Part shown: piece after piece, positions 41,519 to 50,284 of the stretch | How the letters are laid out: every line of letters begins with the position of its first letter | Position numbering within the stretch: position 1 is the stretch's first letter | Assembly: GCA_014238615.1 (NCBI GenBank) | Contig: JABAAT010000016.1 | Span: 894 to 64,893, forward strand | DNA length: 64,000 bases | Direction: 5' to 3' | DNA from: Gammaproteobacteria bacterium | Lineage (GTDB): Bacteria > Pseudomonadota > Gammaproteobacteria > Porifericomitales > Porifericomitaceae | Translations under genes and position numbers: made by a program | The notes under the pieces: model-generated | Told to the model about the DNA's origin: nothing | What the model saw: the letters and a program-made list of their open reading frames with translations, nothing else | The model's database searches: none

Positions 41519-42482
41519 AGGGAGGGTCTCCCGTCGCCCGCACCCTGCCCAGCAAACCCTCCAGGTGCGTGACTACGCAATCCGGCATGGCGCGCAGGTG
41601 ATAACCACCCTCCAGCAGGGAGAGCACCCGTCCTTCCGCGTGGCGCTCGGCTATCTCCAGCACACGCCGCGTCATCCAGGCGTAGCAGGAGGTGCTCAGC
41701 TGCACCTGCGCCAGCGGATCGTCACGGTGCGCATCGAAACCTGCCGAGATCAACACGATATCCGGCCGGAAGGCTTCCATGGCCGGCAGCACCCGCTCCT
41801 GGAAAGCCGCTTCGTAGTCGCTGTCCCCGGAGGCGGCCGGCATGGGGCAGTTCACGGTAGCGCCGTGGCCGCGCCCCAGGCCGGTTTCCTGCAGCGCGCC
41901 GGTGCCGGGGTAAAAAGGATACTGGTGCAGGCTGATGTAGCAGACCGAGGGGTCTTCCTCGAAGGCGTGCTGTGTGCCGTTGCCGTGATGCACGTCCCAG
42001 TCCAGGATCAACACTTTTTCCAGGCCATGACGGCGCTGTAGGTAGCGCGCCAGCAGGGCGATATTGTTGAACAGGCAAAAGCCCAGCGCCGCCGCTTTTT
42101 CCGCGTGGTGGCCGGGCGGGCGCAGCAAGGCGAAACCGTTGTCGATGGAGCCGTCCATCAAGGCGTCGGCCAGCTGCAGCCCGGCGCCCGCCGCGAGCAG
42201 GGCCACGGCCTGTGAGTCCGGACAGATCCCCACGTCCGGCGTATCCAAAAAAGGCAGACCCGCCGCGCAGCCGCGCCGGACGTGCTCCAGGTAATCCCCG
42301 CTGTGCACCGTACGCAGCCATTCCTCTTCCGCCGGGCGCGGCGCGACCTGCCGCAACTCCCCAAACCAAGGCTGGGCCTGCAGCGCCCGCAGGGCGTTTT
42401 GCAGACGCTGCGGCGACTCCGGATGCCCGGCGCCGGCGTGGTGATCCAGGAAGCGCGGTGTATAGCAGATCGCTGTGCTCAC
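41508..42482 (-). CDS. histone deacetylase family (Zn-dependent amidohydrolase) protein
   Basis: HPESPQRL, RPPGHHA, GFCLFNN, DWDVHHGNGTQ, SAGFDAH.DDPL, LEGGY. Confidence 0.93.
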   Translation of the reverse strand: MSTAICYTPRFLDHHAGAGHPESPQRLQNALRALQAQPWFGELRQVAPRPAEEEWLRTVHSGDYLEHVRRGCAAGLPFLDTPDVGICPDSQAVALLAAGAGLQLADALMDGSIDNGFALLRPPGHHAEKAAALGFCLFNNIALLARYLQRRHGLEKVLILDWDVHHGNGTQHAFEEDPSVCYISLHQYPFYPGTGALQETGLGRGHGATVNCPMPAASGDSDYEAAFQERVLPAMEAFRPDIVLISAGFDAHRDDPLAQVQLSTSCYAWMTRRVLEIAERHAEGRVLSLLEGGYHLRAMPDCVVTHLEGLLGRVRATGDPPCED

Positions 42483-42536
42483 AACAGGACGTGCACCATG
42501 TTGTGTTTTTTCATGCTCCGGATTATATTCAAAAGG

Positions 42537-42590
42537 TCGCGCCGATTTGATTTCAGCTTGCGGGCGCGAAACAAATACAGCTAAAGCGAG
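42537..42590 (+). ncRNA. SAM-II riboswitch aptamer upstream of metZ
   Basis: TCGCGCC GATTT gatttca GCTTGC g GGCGCGA aac AAAT ac AGCTAAAGCG: P1 42537-43/42563-69, conserved GAUUU, AAAU and GCUAAA, pseudoknot GCUU/AAGC; precedes a Met-biosynthesis gene. Confidence 0.85.
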
Positions 42591-42681
42591 TCAGGCTAAG
42601 ACGCGTACGCCCACTTGGTAGAGGGCCGCCACGCGGGGTTTGGCTCGGACACTTGGTTGCGATGCGACCGGAGGTGCGCCC

Positions 42682-43908
42682 ATGCCCGATGACGACCCCA
42701 TTCTGAGAGCCCCTTCTCAAGCCGTACCCGCGGCCGTACCGGCAACCGCGCTACAGACCCGTGCTGTACGCGCCGGGCACAGCCCCACCCCGGAAGGAGA
42801 GCACAGCGAACCCCTGTTCCTGACCTCCAGCTTCGTTTTCGAAAGCGCCGAGCAGGCCGCCGCCCGGTTTCGTGGCGACGAACCGGGCAATATCTACTCG
42901 CGCTTCACCAATCCCACCGTGCGTGCCTTTGAGCAGCGCCTGGCCGTGTTGGAGGGGGGGGAGCGTTGCATCGCCACCTCCTCGGGCATGAGCGCGATCC
43001 TGTCCACCTGCATGGCCCTGCTCTCCGCCGGTGACCACATTGTGGCCGCCCACGGCCTGTTTGGCACCACCGTGGTCTTGTTGCGCGATGTGCTGACGCG
43101 CTTTGGGGTGGACACCAGCTTTGTGAAGCTGAGTTCCTTACCATCCTGGGAGGCGGCCATCCGCCCCCAAACCCGCATGTTGTTCCTGGAGACGCCCTCT
43201 AATCCGACCACCGAGATCGCCGACCTGAAATGCCTGGCGCGTCTTGCTCATGCCCACGACGCTCTTTTGGTGGTGGACAACTGCTTTTGCACCCCGGTTT
43301 TGCAGCGGCCCCTGGAACATGGCGCCGACCTGGTGATCCATTCCGCCACCAAGTACCTGGACGGCCAGGGCCGCTGTGTGGGCGGTGCCGTGGTCGGCCC
43401 GAAGGAACTCCTGGAGCAAAAAGTGCTTTCTTTCCTGCGCGGCGCCGGACCGAGCATGAGTCCCTTCAACGCCTGGGTTTTTCTAAAGGGCCTGGAGACC
43501 CTGTCCCTGCGTATGCGGGCGCACAGTGAACACGCCCTGTTCCTGGCACGTGAATTGCAAGGGCGGCCCGAGATCGATAAGCTCCACTACCCGGGCCTTC
43601 CGGAGCACCCCCAGCACCAGCTTGCAAGCTCTCAACAGCAGGCCGGCGGCGGTATCCTCAGCCTGGAGCTGAAGGGTGGGCGGGATGCCGCCTGGCGCCT
43701 GGTGAACCGTCTGCGTCTGTTTTCCATCACCGCCAACCTGGGCGACGCCAAGAGCACCGTGACGCATCCCGACACGACCACTCACTGGCGTCTCACTCCC
43801 GGGGAAAAACAGCAATGCGGCATCACTCCGGGACTGGTGCGCCTCTCGGTGGGCCTGGAAGACCCGCGCGACCTGCTCCACGACCTGCGGCAGGCGCTTG
43901 AGAGATAA
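42682..43908 (+). CDS. metZ: O-succinylhomoserine sulfhydrylase
   Basis: EHSEPLFLTSSFVF, YSRFTNPTV, ETPSNP, HSATKYLDGQGR, ITANLGDAKS, HP.TTTH; GGAGGT RBS before ATG at 42682. Confidence 0.93.
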   Translation: MPDDDPILRAPSQAVPAAVPATALQTRAVRAGHSPTPEGEHSEPLFLTSSFVFESAEQAAARFRGDEPGNIYSRFTNPTVRAFEQRLAVLEGGERCIATSSGMSAILSTCMALLSAGDHIVAAHGLFGTTVVLLRDVLTRFGVDTSFVKLSSLPSWEAAIRPQTRMLFLETPSNPTTEIADLKCLARLAHAHDALLVVDNCFCTPVLQRPLEHGADLVIHSATKYLDGQGRCVGGAVVGPKELLEQKVLSFLRGAGPSMSPFNAWVFLKGLETLSLRMRAHSEHALFLARELQGRPEIDKLHYPGLPEHPQHQLASSQQQAGGGILSLELKGGRDAAWRLVNRLRLFSITANLGDAKSTVTHPDTTTHWRLTPGEKQQCGITPGLVRLSVGLEDPRDLLHDLRQALER

Positions 43909-43923
43909 CAGGATTTTTAAGGC

Positions 43924-43960
43924 AAAAAAAGAGTCCGGGCACTAGGGGTGGCCCGGACTT
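43924..43960 (-). terminator. intrinsic terminator with U-tract on the minus strand (possibly bidirectional)
   Basis: 9-bp stem AGTCCGGGC/GCCCGGACT (43932-40/43951-59) next to A7 at 43924-30. Confidence 0.8.
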
Positions 43961-44520
43961 TAAGAGGGAAGTGAGGTTCACCCGGAACCTGCGATGCCTC
44001 ATCCGGGTCCCCTCCCCACTGAAAGCGTAGCAGCAACTAGCAAGCCAACTATCAGTCTTCCTTAATTTAGGCCCATAAGACGGGCCTTCCCACGGGTCAA
44101 GCTCCGTCCGACACCACCACCAACCGACTAGATAAGCAAAAAAGCGACAATTTTGGGCGCCTGCCGTTTCCCGGGAGCGCATTGCCTCCCGGGAGGGGCG
44201 GACAGCGCCATGGAACCCATGGCCTGGCTTTCCAGAAGCAGCTCACTCGCGCGCGCTCTCACTACCTTGCTGTCATGTTCACCAGCGTGCTGCTTCGGGA
44301 AGGGCGGTTCCCTGTATAGATTATCCTCACCTCGAACAGGTTGCGCGCTCACTGTGTCAGCTTCCGGTCAGTGATGCGCTTGCCGACCGTATCCCGAAAC
44401 AGCACCTCGAAGTTGCATGCATTGGGCCTGGAAAGAGAACGTGTCAATGTAGCGCTGTAAGCGCCCTGCGCTTACCTGGGCGACAGGCTTCGTTATGGTC
44501 GTTTCAGCATCGCCCGTCAG
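43924..44520 (-). ncRNA. candidate large structured non-coding RNA, family not recognised
   Basis: At least ten helices including nested long-range pairs, no credible ORF, ends at the terminator; see findings. Confidence 0.45.
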
Positions 44521-44685
44521 CTTTCAGGCTTTTTGTATGCGCCCTCCTGTTCACAAACTCTTTTACCAGCCGTTACGTTAAGTGTTGATGTTTTTTTTAC
44601 CACAGATCGGAGCATCACCCCTCTGCGGGTGCTGAAATACCGGCCTGATCCGCCCCTGGGGACTGCTTGTCAGTTCCGCAATGGA

Positions 44686-44777
44686 TGGCGGAGAGAGAGG
44701 GATTCGAACCCTCGGGCCGCATGACGCGTGCCGGCGAATTTCAAGTCCGCTGCCTTAAACCACTCAGCCATCTCTCC
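44686..44777 (-). tRNA. tRNA-Ser (anticodon UGA)
   Basis: GGAGAGATGGCTGAGTGGTTTAAGGCA GCGGA CTTGAAA TTCGC, long variable arm, GAGGGTTCGAATCCCTC TCTCTCC GCCA; next to yccA. Confidence 0.96.
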
Positions 44778-45031
44778 GGGCGCCGGGCCTCCGGGCGGCT
44801 CGGCATACAGAATCCATATCATAACGCTGCTCGCCGGCGTGGTAGATGCCGCCTGCCAAGGTGGAGACTGTGGTCATTGGCGCGGGGTTGCCGGTTGCCA
44901 GGCCGAGACTGGATCTCGGCCCCCGGGGTCTGTCCCGGGATCTGCCGGGGGGATCTGGACGGCCTGGTTTCGCGGTTCAGCGGGGCGGATTCAGTTGTGG
45001 TTTGCCGGGCCGGTTTTGTCTGGAGGGGGTA

Positions 45032-45040
45032 TGCTATACT
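45032..45040 (+). promoter_or_regulatory. extended -10 promoter candidate for yccA
   Basis: TGCTATACT about 185 nt upstream of the start codon. Confidence 0.4.
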
Positions 45041-45225
45041 CCCTTGAATCGGCTTGCCGGGCAAGGTCGCCCGGGAGTGTTTCGTGCCGGGACCGGGCTG
45101 AGTCCGCAGGGCTTGGCGGGGCTTGGCGCCAGGCCCGGTGCCCTGGGGTGCCGGTTCTTGAATTCAGGCGGCTGGACAGCCGCGTTACTTTCGTTCTTGG
45201 ATGACTCTACAAGAGGTTCAATCTC

Positions 45226-45885
45226 ATGGCTCAATCAGCAGTTGCTTTTTATCCTAAGTCTGTAGCGCAGATAGGCGTCTCAAAGACCTTACGTAACACT
45301 TACTTGCTGTTGTCGATGAGTCTGCTGTTCTGTGGGCTTTGCGCTTATGTTTCAAGCCGTATGGGATTGTTTATTTCGTCTCCCTGGCTTTTTCTGATTG
45401 GCTTTTTAGGCTTCAGCTGGGGCGCCCAGGTGTTGTGCAACAGCGTTTGGGGTCTGGCCATGGTTTTCGGCCTGACGGGCTTCACCGGGCTCTACCTGGC
45501 CCCGATATTGCTCTTTGCAAGTGTTCCAGGCGGAAAGGAGTTGGTGATAACCGCCGCGGGCGGTACGGGCGCCATTTTCCTGGGTTTATCAGGTTACGTA
45601 CTGGTGACCCGCAAGAACTTCAATTTCCTGGGAGGCATGATCTGCGTTGGCTTCCTGGTGGCTTTTCTGGCCATGCTGGCAAGTATCGTTTTCCAGATGC
45701 AGGCGCTTTCTCTCGCGGTGTCGGCGGCCTTCATGTTTCTCTCCGCGGCTGGCATTCTGCACGCCACCAGCCGCATGGTGCATGATCCCTCCACGAATTA
45801 CATCGTGATGACAGTCACCCTGTTCGTCTATATCTACAATATCTTCATCACCTTGCTGCACCTTCTGAGTTTTTCCAGGGACTGA
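45226..45885 (+). CDS. yccA: Bax inhibitor-1/YccA family membrane protein
   Basis: KTLRNTYLLLSMSLLF, seven hydrophobic segments, TRKNFNFLGG, TNYI..TV.L.V.IYNIF..LL.LL; GAGG RBS. Confidence 0.92.
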   Translation: MAQSAVAFYPKSVAQIGVSKTLRNTYLLLSMSLLFCGLCAYVSSRMGLFISSPWLFLIGFLGFSWGAQVLCNSVWGLAMVFGLTGFTGLYLAPILLFASVPGGKELVITAAGGTGAIFLGLSGYVLVTRKNFNFLGGMICVGFLVAFLAMLASIVFQMQALSLAVSAAFMFLSAAGILHATSRMVHDPSTNYIVMTVTLFVYIYNIFITLLHLLSFSRD

Positions 45886-46043
45886 AAGCCGGGGATTGGC
45901 GGCATCAGCGGCGGGCGGGGGCTTCGCTGCCTGCGTAGAGGCATCCTCTCTTCCTGGAGGATGGGCGCCTTTTTCCTTTCCATCCATGTCCTTTCCATCC
46001 AGGGATAGGACGGGGGGCCGCGGGGGCTTACGAGGACGGCTTT

Positions 46044-47015
46044 TTAGAACCAGAAGCGCAGGCCGGCCAGGTAGCGGGTTTCATGGGCGGCGGTTGCATC
46101 GGCCCTGGCGTAGTCTTTCGTCTTGCCGAATTTCCCCATCCACTCCACCCCGATGTAGGGGGCGAAGCGCGGCGAGAGCTGGTAGCGCAGGCGGATTCCG
46201 GCCGTGAGGTCGGAGAGTCCTTTGCCTCTTCCGCCGGCCTCGTCGTTTTTGCCGTGGAGGGTGATTTCCACGCGCGGTTGCAGGCCGATGCGTTGGCTGA
46301 TCAGCAAGTCGTATTCGACCTCAATGATCAGCGCCGTGCGCGTGCCTGCCCCGAGATAGGCCGTGGCGTCGATCTCGAACCAGTAAGGTGCCAGTCCCTG
46401 TGCACCCAGGGCCAGCCAGAGGCGATCCGGCCCATCCCCGGTGTCATAGCGGATTCCCACCTGTGCGTCCCAGAAGCTGGTGACGGCCTGGCTGTATAAC
46501 AGGTCGGTGCCTGATTCTTCCAGGCCGCCCCGTGTGTAGTCGCCTTCCGCCTTGATGACCAGTTTCCGGTAAGTGCGGCCGAACCAGGCCTGGACGTCGT
46601 AGATGCTGACGTTGTTGTCTGTCCACACCTGTTCCAGGCGATGCACCAGCAGGGCGCCGGAGGAATGTTCGTCGGAGAGCCGGAAGCGGGGAGCGTCGGG
46701 GAGGGAGTAGGGAGCGTTCTCCAGGCTGTATCCGCCCGAGTAAGCGTGCGGGTCGCGCGCGTCCGGTGGGGCGGCTCCACCCTGCGCTCGTGCGTGTGTG
46801 CCGTGCTCGGGTGTGCCGTGCTCGGGTGTGCCGTGCTCAATGGGTGGTGCCTGCGTGTCGGGTGAGGCTGCTTCAGGGCGCCTGGGGTCGTGCCCCGTGT
46901 CCGTGTGGGTGGACTGCCGCTCCGACGCGGCCCCGACCTCGTGGGCGTGGTGTGCGCCGTGGGGAACGTTGTTTCGAGGTGGTACGCATGCTGTTGCCTG
47001 GAGCAGTAGCAGCAT
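46044..47015 (-). CDS. copB: copper resistance protein B (outer membrane)
   Basis: His-rich N-terminus, RDPHAYS, LVIKAEG, FWDAQVGIRYD, QGLAPYWFE, GIRLRY, FAPYIGV, GLRFWF. Confidence 0.93.
   Translation of the reverse strand: MLLLLQATACVPPRNNVPHGAHHAHEVGAASERQSTHTDTGHDPRRPEAASPDTQAPPIEHGTPEHGTPEHGTHARAQGGAAPPDARDPHAYSGGYSLENAPYSLPDAPRFRLSDEHSSGALLVHRLEQVWTDNNVSIYDVQAWFGRTYRKLVIKAEGDYTRGGLEESGTDLLYSQAVTSFWDAQVGIRYDTGDGPDRLWLALGAQGLAPYWFEIDATAYLGAGTRTALIIEVEYDLLISQRIGLQPRVEITLHGKNDEAGGRGKGLSDLTAGIRLRYQLSPRFAPYIGVEWMGKFGKTKDYARADATAAHETRYLAGLRFWF
46796..46838 (-). repeat. 15-bp tandem repeat x3 in copB (encodes EHGTP)
   Basis: gtgtgccgtgctcgg x2 plus gtgtgccgtgctc. Confidence 0.9.
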
Positions 47016-47102
47016 GGCCGCCGCCAGGGAGGCTTTAGGCGCCAGGGGGTCTTTAGGAGTGGATTTCAGGGGGGCTTCTGGGGGGCTGAAGGCGTGACTT
47101 TG

Positions 47103-48899
47103 CTAGGATATCACCACTTCGCGGAACATGCCGGCCGTCATGTGGAACATCAGGTGGCAGTGCCAGGCCCAGCGTCCAAGCGCGTCGGCTGTCACCAGGA
47201 AGCTGATGCGCTGCGCCGGTTGCACCGGGATGGTATGGCGGCGGGACATGAACCGGCCGCGGTCGTTTTCCTGTTCGCTCCACAGGCCATGCAGGTGCAT
47301 GGGATGAGTCATCATGGTGTCATTCTGAAGAATCACCCTGAGTCGTTCGTTGTGGCGCATGTGCACCGGGGTGCTGGCGCCGAATTCAAGGCCGTCAAAC
47401 GACCAACTGTAGCGCTCCATGTTGCCGGTGAGATGCAGTTCGATTTCGCGCACCGGGATACGCGCGTCCCGCGCTCCGCCGATGGTATGCAAGTCGTCCA
47501 GCGTCAGTACCCGGCGGCCGTTATCGCGCAGTCCAATGCCTGGATCATCGAGGTTGGTGCGCGGCGCATCGACGCGCATGTCCACCGAGGGGCCGTATTC
47601 GGTGCGTGCGTGGCGTACCTTTCCCGATGGCATGGCCAGTGGGTTGCCGTGGTTGGCATGCGCCCCGTGCTCCTGTGCCATGTTCGCGTGGTGCATGCCT
47701 TCGCCCGTGGCCTGCTTTCCGTGCCCGTGCATGTGTGTTCCATGCTGCATGGCTCCCATCATGTCGACCGGGGTCAGCCATGTGACCGGGTCAAGGGCTG
47801 GAATTGGGGCGCTTAATCCCGGGCGCGCGGCCAGGGTGCCGCACGCGAAGCCCGTGCGATCCATGCCCTGGGCAAACAGGGTGTAGGCCTCCTCTTCAGG
47901 CCCAATGATCACGTCATAGGTCTCGCCGGGGCCGAAGCGGAATTCATCCACCGTCACCGGTTCCACATCCTGGCCGTCGGCCTGCACCACGGTCATCTTC
48001 AAGCCGGGGATGCGCAGGTCGTAGAAGCTGTTCCCCGAGCTGTTGATGCAGCGCAGCCGCACCCGCTCGCCGGGATGAAACAAGGCGGTCCAGTTGCCTT
48101 CCGGCGTGGTGCCGTTCACCAGGTAAGTCAGCACCGCTGACGAGAGATCCGCCAGATCGGTGGGATGCATGCGCATTCGGTTCCACATGCGGCGCCTGTT
48201 CAGCGTATCGCCTAAACCCACTTGTGACAGGTCGGCAAAGAAGTCCTGTACGGTGGGAGGATTGAGATTGTAAACCGCGCTCTGTTTTTTCAGGCTGGCG
48301 AAGGCGCGCATCGGAGTTTCACCGGTCCAGTCTGAAAGCTGCACGATGTAGTCCCGGTCGGCGTGAAAACGCTCGGCCCGGCGCGGCTCAATGATGAGCG
48401 CGCCGTACATGCCCGTCATCTCCTGCGTTCCGACGTGAGAGTGATACCAGTAAGTGCCGCTCTGCCGCAACCGGAACCGGTAGGTGAAGGTTTCCCCCGG
48501 TGCGATGCCGTTGAAACTGATGCCGGGTACACCGTCCATCTGGTAGGGCAGAATCACGCCGTGCCAGTGGATGGAGGTTATTTCCCGCATCCGGTTGGTG
48601 ACGTGAATGGTGACCTCGTCGCCTTCGCGCAGGCGCAGCGTTGGCGCGGGAATCGATCCGTTGATGGTGGTCGCTGTCTGTGGCGTCCCGGTGAAGTTGA
48701 CCAACGATTTTGCTACCACCAGGGTGATTTCCGTCCCTTTCAGTACAGGTGCGGTCCCAGAGCCGGCGAAACGATGTAGTGGAGCCGTCGCATGCGCCAA
48801 GGTTGGTATGCCGGCCAGTACGCCGCTCGCGGCCAGTCCCTGCACGAAGCGGCGGCGGGACATGGGGAGACGGATATCCCTGGGTGGCGCGGTCTTCAT
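47103..48899 (-). CDS. copA: copper resistance multicopper oxidase CopA (Tat exported)
   Basis: SRRRFVQG Tat motif, IHWHG, YWYHSH, Met/His-rich insert, HPMHLHG, WAWHCHLMFHM. Confidence 0.95.
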   Translation of the reverse strand: MKTAPPRDIRLPMSRRRFVQGLAASGVLAGIPTLAHATAPLHRFAGSGTAPVLKGTEITLVVAKSLVNFTGTPQTATTINGSIPAPTLRLREGDEVTIHVTNRMREITSIHWHGVILPYQMDGVPGISFNGIAPGETFTYRFRLRQSGTYWYHSHVGTQEMTGMYGALIIEPRRAERFHADRDYIVQLSDWTGETPMRAFASLKKQSAVYNLNPPTVQDFFADLSQVGLGDTLNRRRMWNRMRMHPTDLADLSSAVLTYLVNGTTPEGNWTALFHPGERVRLRCINSSGNSFYDLRIPGLKMTVVQADGQDVEPVTVDEFRFGPGETYDVIIGPEEEAYTLFAQGMDRTGFACGTLAARPGLSAPIPALDPVTWLTPVDMMGAMQHGTHMHGHGKQATGEGMHHANMAQEHGAHANHGNPLAMPSGKVRHARTEYGPSVDMRVDAPRTNLDDPGIGLRDNGRRVLTLDDLHTIGGARDARIPVREIELHLTGNMERYSWSFDGLEFGASTPVHMRHNERLRVILQNDTMMTHPMHLHGLWSEQENDRGRFMSRRHTIPVQPAQRISFLVTADALGRWAWHCHLMFHMTAGMFREVVIS

Positions 48900-49039
48900 C
48901 CGATAGTCTTCACCCGACTTGCCGTTTCCCCGGAGCGGAAGCCGGCGCGCCGTCTCTCCGGGACGTGGTCACCAGGGCGAGGCCGCCCTTAAGTGGGTCA
49001 GGGCCGCCTTTAAGTTCCGGGGAAGTATCCGGAGGATTG

Positions 49040-49933
49040 CTAGGGGCTCGCATCATAAGCGCGCACCGTGCCGTTTTTCATCATGGGGATGAGCAACAGG
49101 TCCAGTTCGGGGATGTACTCCAGATCGGCGCTGCCCTGTTCCAGGTCCAGCAGTTCGGTGGCCTGTCCCTGTGCATCAATGTACAGCAGGCTCCCGACCA
49201 TCCAGTCAGTGACATAATAGCCGCCCCCCTGGGCCGGCTCGATGCCGTCCAGGTTGCCCTGCGCCGAGCCGTCTCCCAGGCTGCCGAGCCCCTGCCCGGA
49301 ATAGTCCACGCTCTTGAGGTGTCCGGGAATCGTCGTTTCAAAGCCTCCCCCGGTGCGTACCCCCCAGGCGCCGATGAGCAGGCGTCCTGTTTCCGCCAGC
49401 AGGCCGTTGGGGGATTCAAGTCCAGGGGTTTCCAGCCAGGGAATGAGTTGCCCGCCGCGCAGGCGGTAGATGACATCGCGCATCATGTCGGAGAGATAGA
49501 CGCTGCCGTCCGCCGCCACGGTCACGTCATTCAGAAAGCCCGGTTCACTGACCGGGTGTTGGGCGCGTTTCGTACCCTCGGGCAGGTTGATTTCGACCAG
49601 GGCTTCCCGGTCGCCGATGTAGAGGATGTCGGCCTGTATGTCCAGGCCCCTGGGCTCCAGCAGGCCTTCGACCCAGCGTTGCTCCAGCAGTTTTCCGTCC
49701 GGGGCCAGGCGGGAAATAAAACCGCCGCCTTCGTTGCCTTGGTTCATGTTGGAGACGTACAGGACCCCGCGCCGGGCGTCGTAGGCCACTGATTCCGGGC
49801 TGCTGAAGCCGGGTGTTTCCCAGGCGAGCCGAGGGACGGGGGGATTGGCCAGGGCTGTCGTCGCCAGGACCGTCGTACATAAGGCTGTTACAGCCAGAAT
49901 ATTGCAAAACGGGGGGTTGGGGTTACTTTTCAC
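49040..49933 (-). CDS. exported SMP-30/gluconolactonase-like beta-propeller protein
   Basis: Signal peptide ending ALA, PESV.YD...LYVSN, FLNDV, PNGL, LDGI, VTDW. Confidence 0.8.
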   Translation of the reverse strand: MKSNPNPPFCNILAVTALCTTVLATTALANPPVPRLAWETPGFSSPESVAYDARRGVLYVSNMNQGNEGGGFISRLAPDGKLLEQRWVEGLLEPRGLDIQADILYIGDREALVEINLPEGTKRAQHPVSEPGFLNDVTVAADGSVYLSDMMRDVIYRLRGGQLIPWLETPGLESPNGLLAETGRLLIGAWGVRTGGGFETTIPGHLKSVDYSGQGLGSLGDGSAQGNLDGIEPAQGGGYYVTDWMVGSLLYIDAQGQATELLDLEQGSADLEYIPELDLLLIPMMKNGTVRAYDASP

Positions 49934-50284
49934 GTTTGGATCCTTTATTCATGTTTTAAGAGGGCATGTTTCAAGAGGGCATGCTCGCGAAGGCACTGTA
50001 AAACCTTAAACTCGTTCTAATCTAACATGCGCCGGTGCGGCCGTGGGAGAAGTCAATGCGGCGGCGATCCTGGGTCTTAACCCCGGGTTTTCTCCGGGCG
50101 GCCGGCTACGGACGCGGCTCCTGGTTTGTCCGTGCGGGCTGTTTCCCTGTAAAATACCCGGCAAATGCCGTGTCATTGACCGCCCGCCCGGAACGGATTG
50201 AGCACAGCCGTCAGGCTGCAACACCGCACCGTCACGATGCGCCCCCGTATTTTACCTGCAGACTTCTGAAGTCCGCCTCACGCC

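Noticed and set aside
43951-43962. RNase P-like AAAGTCCGGGC on the minus strand
   Set aside because: It is one arm of the terminator stem; the other conserved RNase P regions are absent
44128-44352. 74-aa minus-strand ORF inside the structured region
   Set aside because: No RBS or recognisable motif; the long-range pairings explain the sequence better, though a small protein is not excluded
44686-50284. Genomic island (copAB) integrated at tRNA-Ser
   Set aside because: copAB lies on the 5' side of the tRNA, beyond yccA; no integrase and no duplicated tRNA 3' end seen
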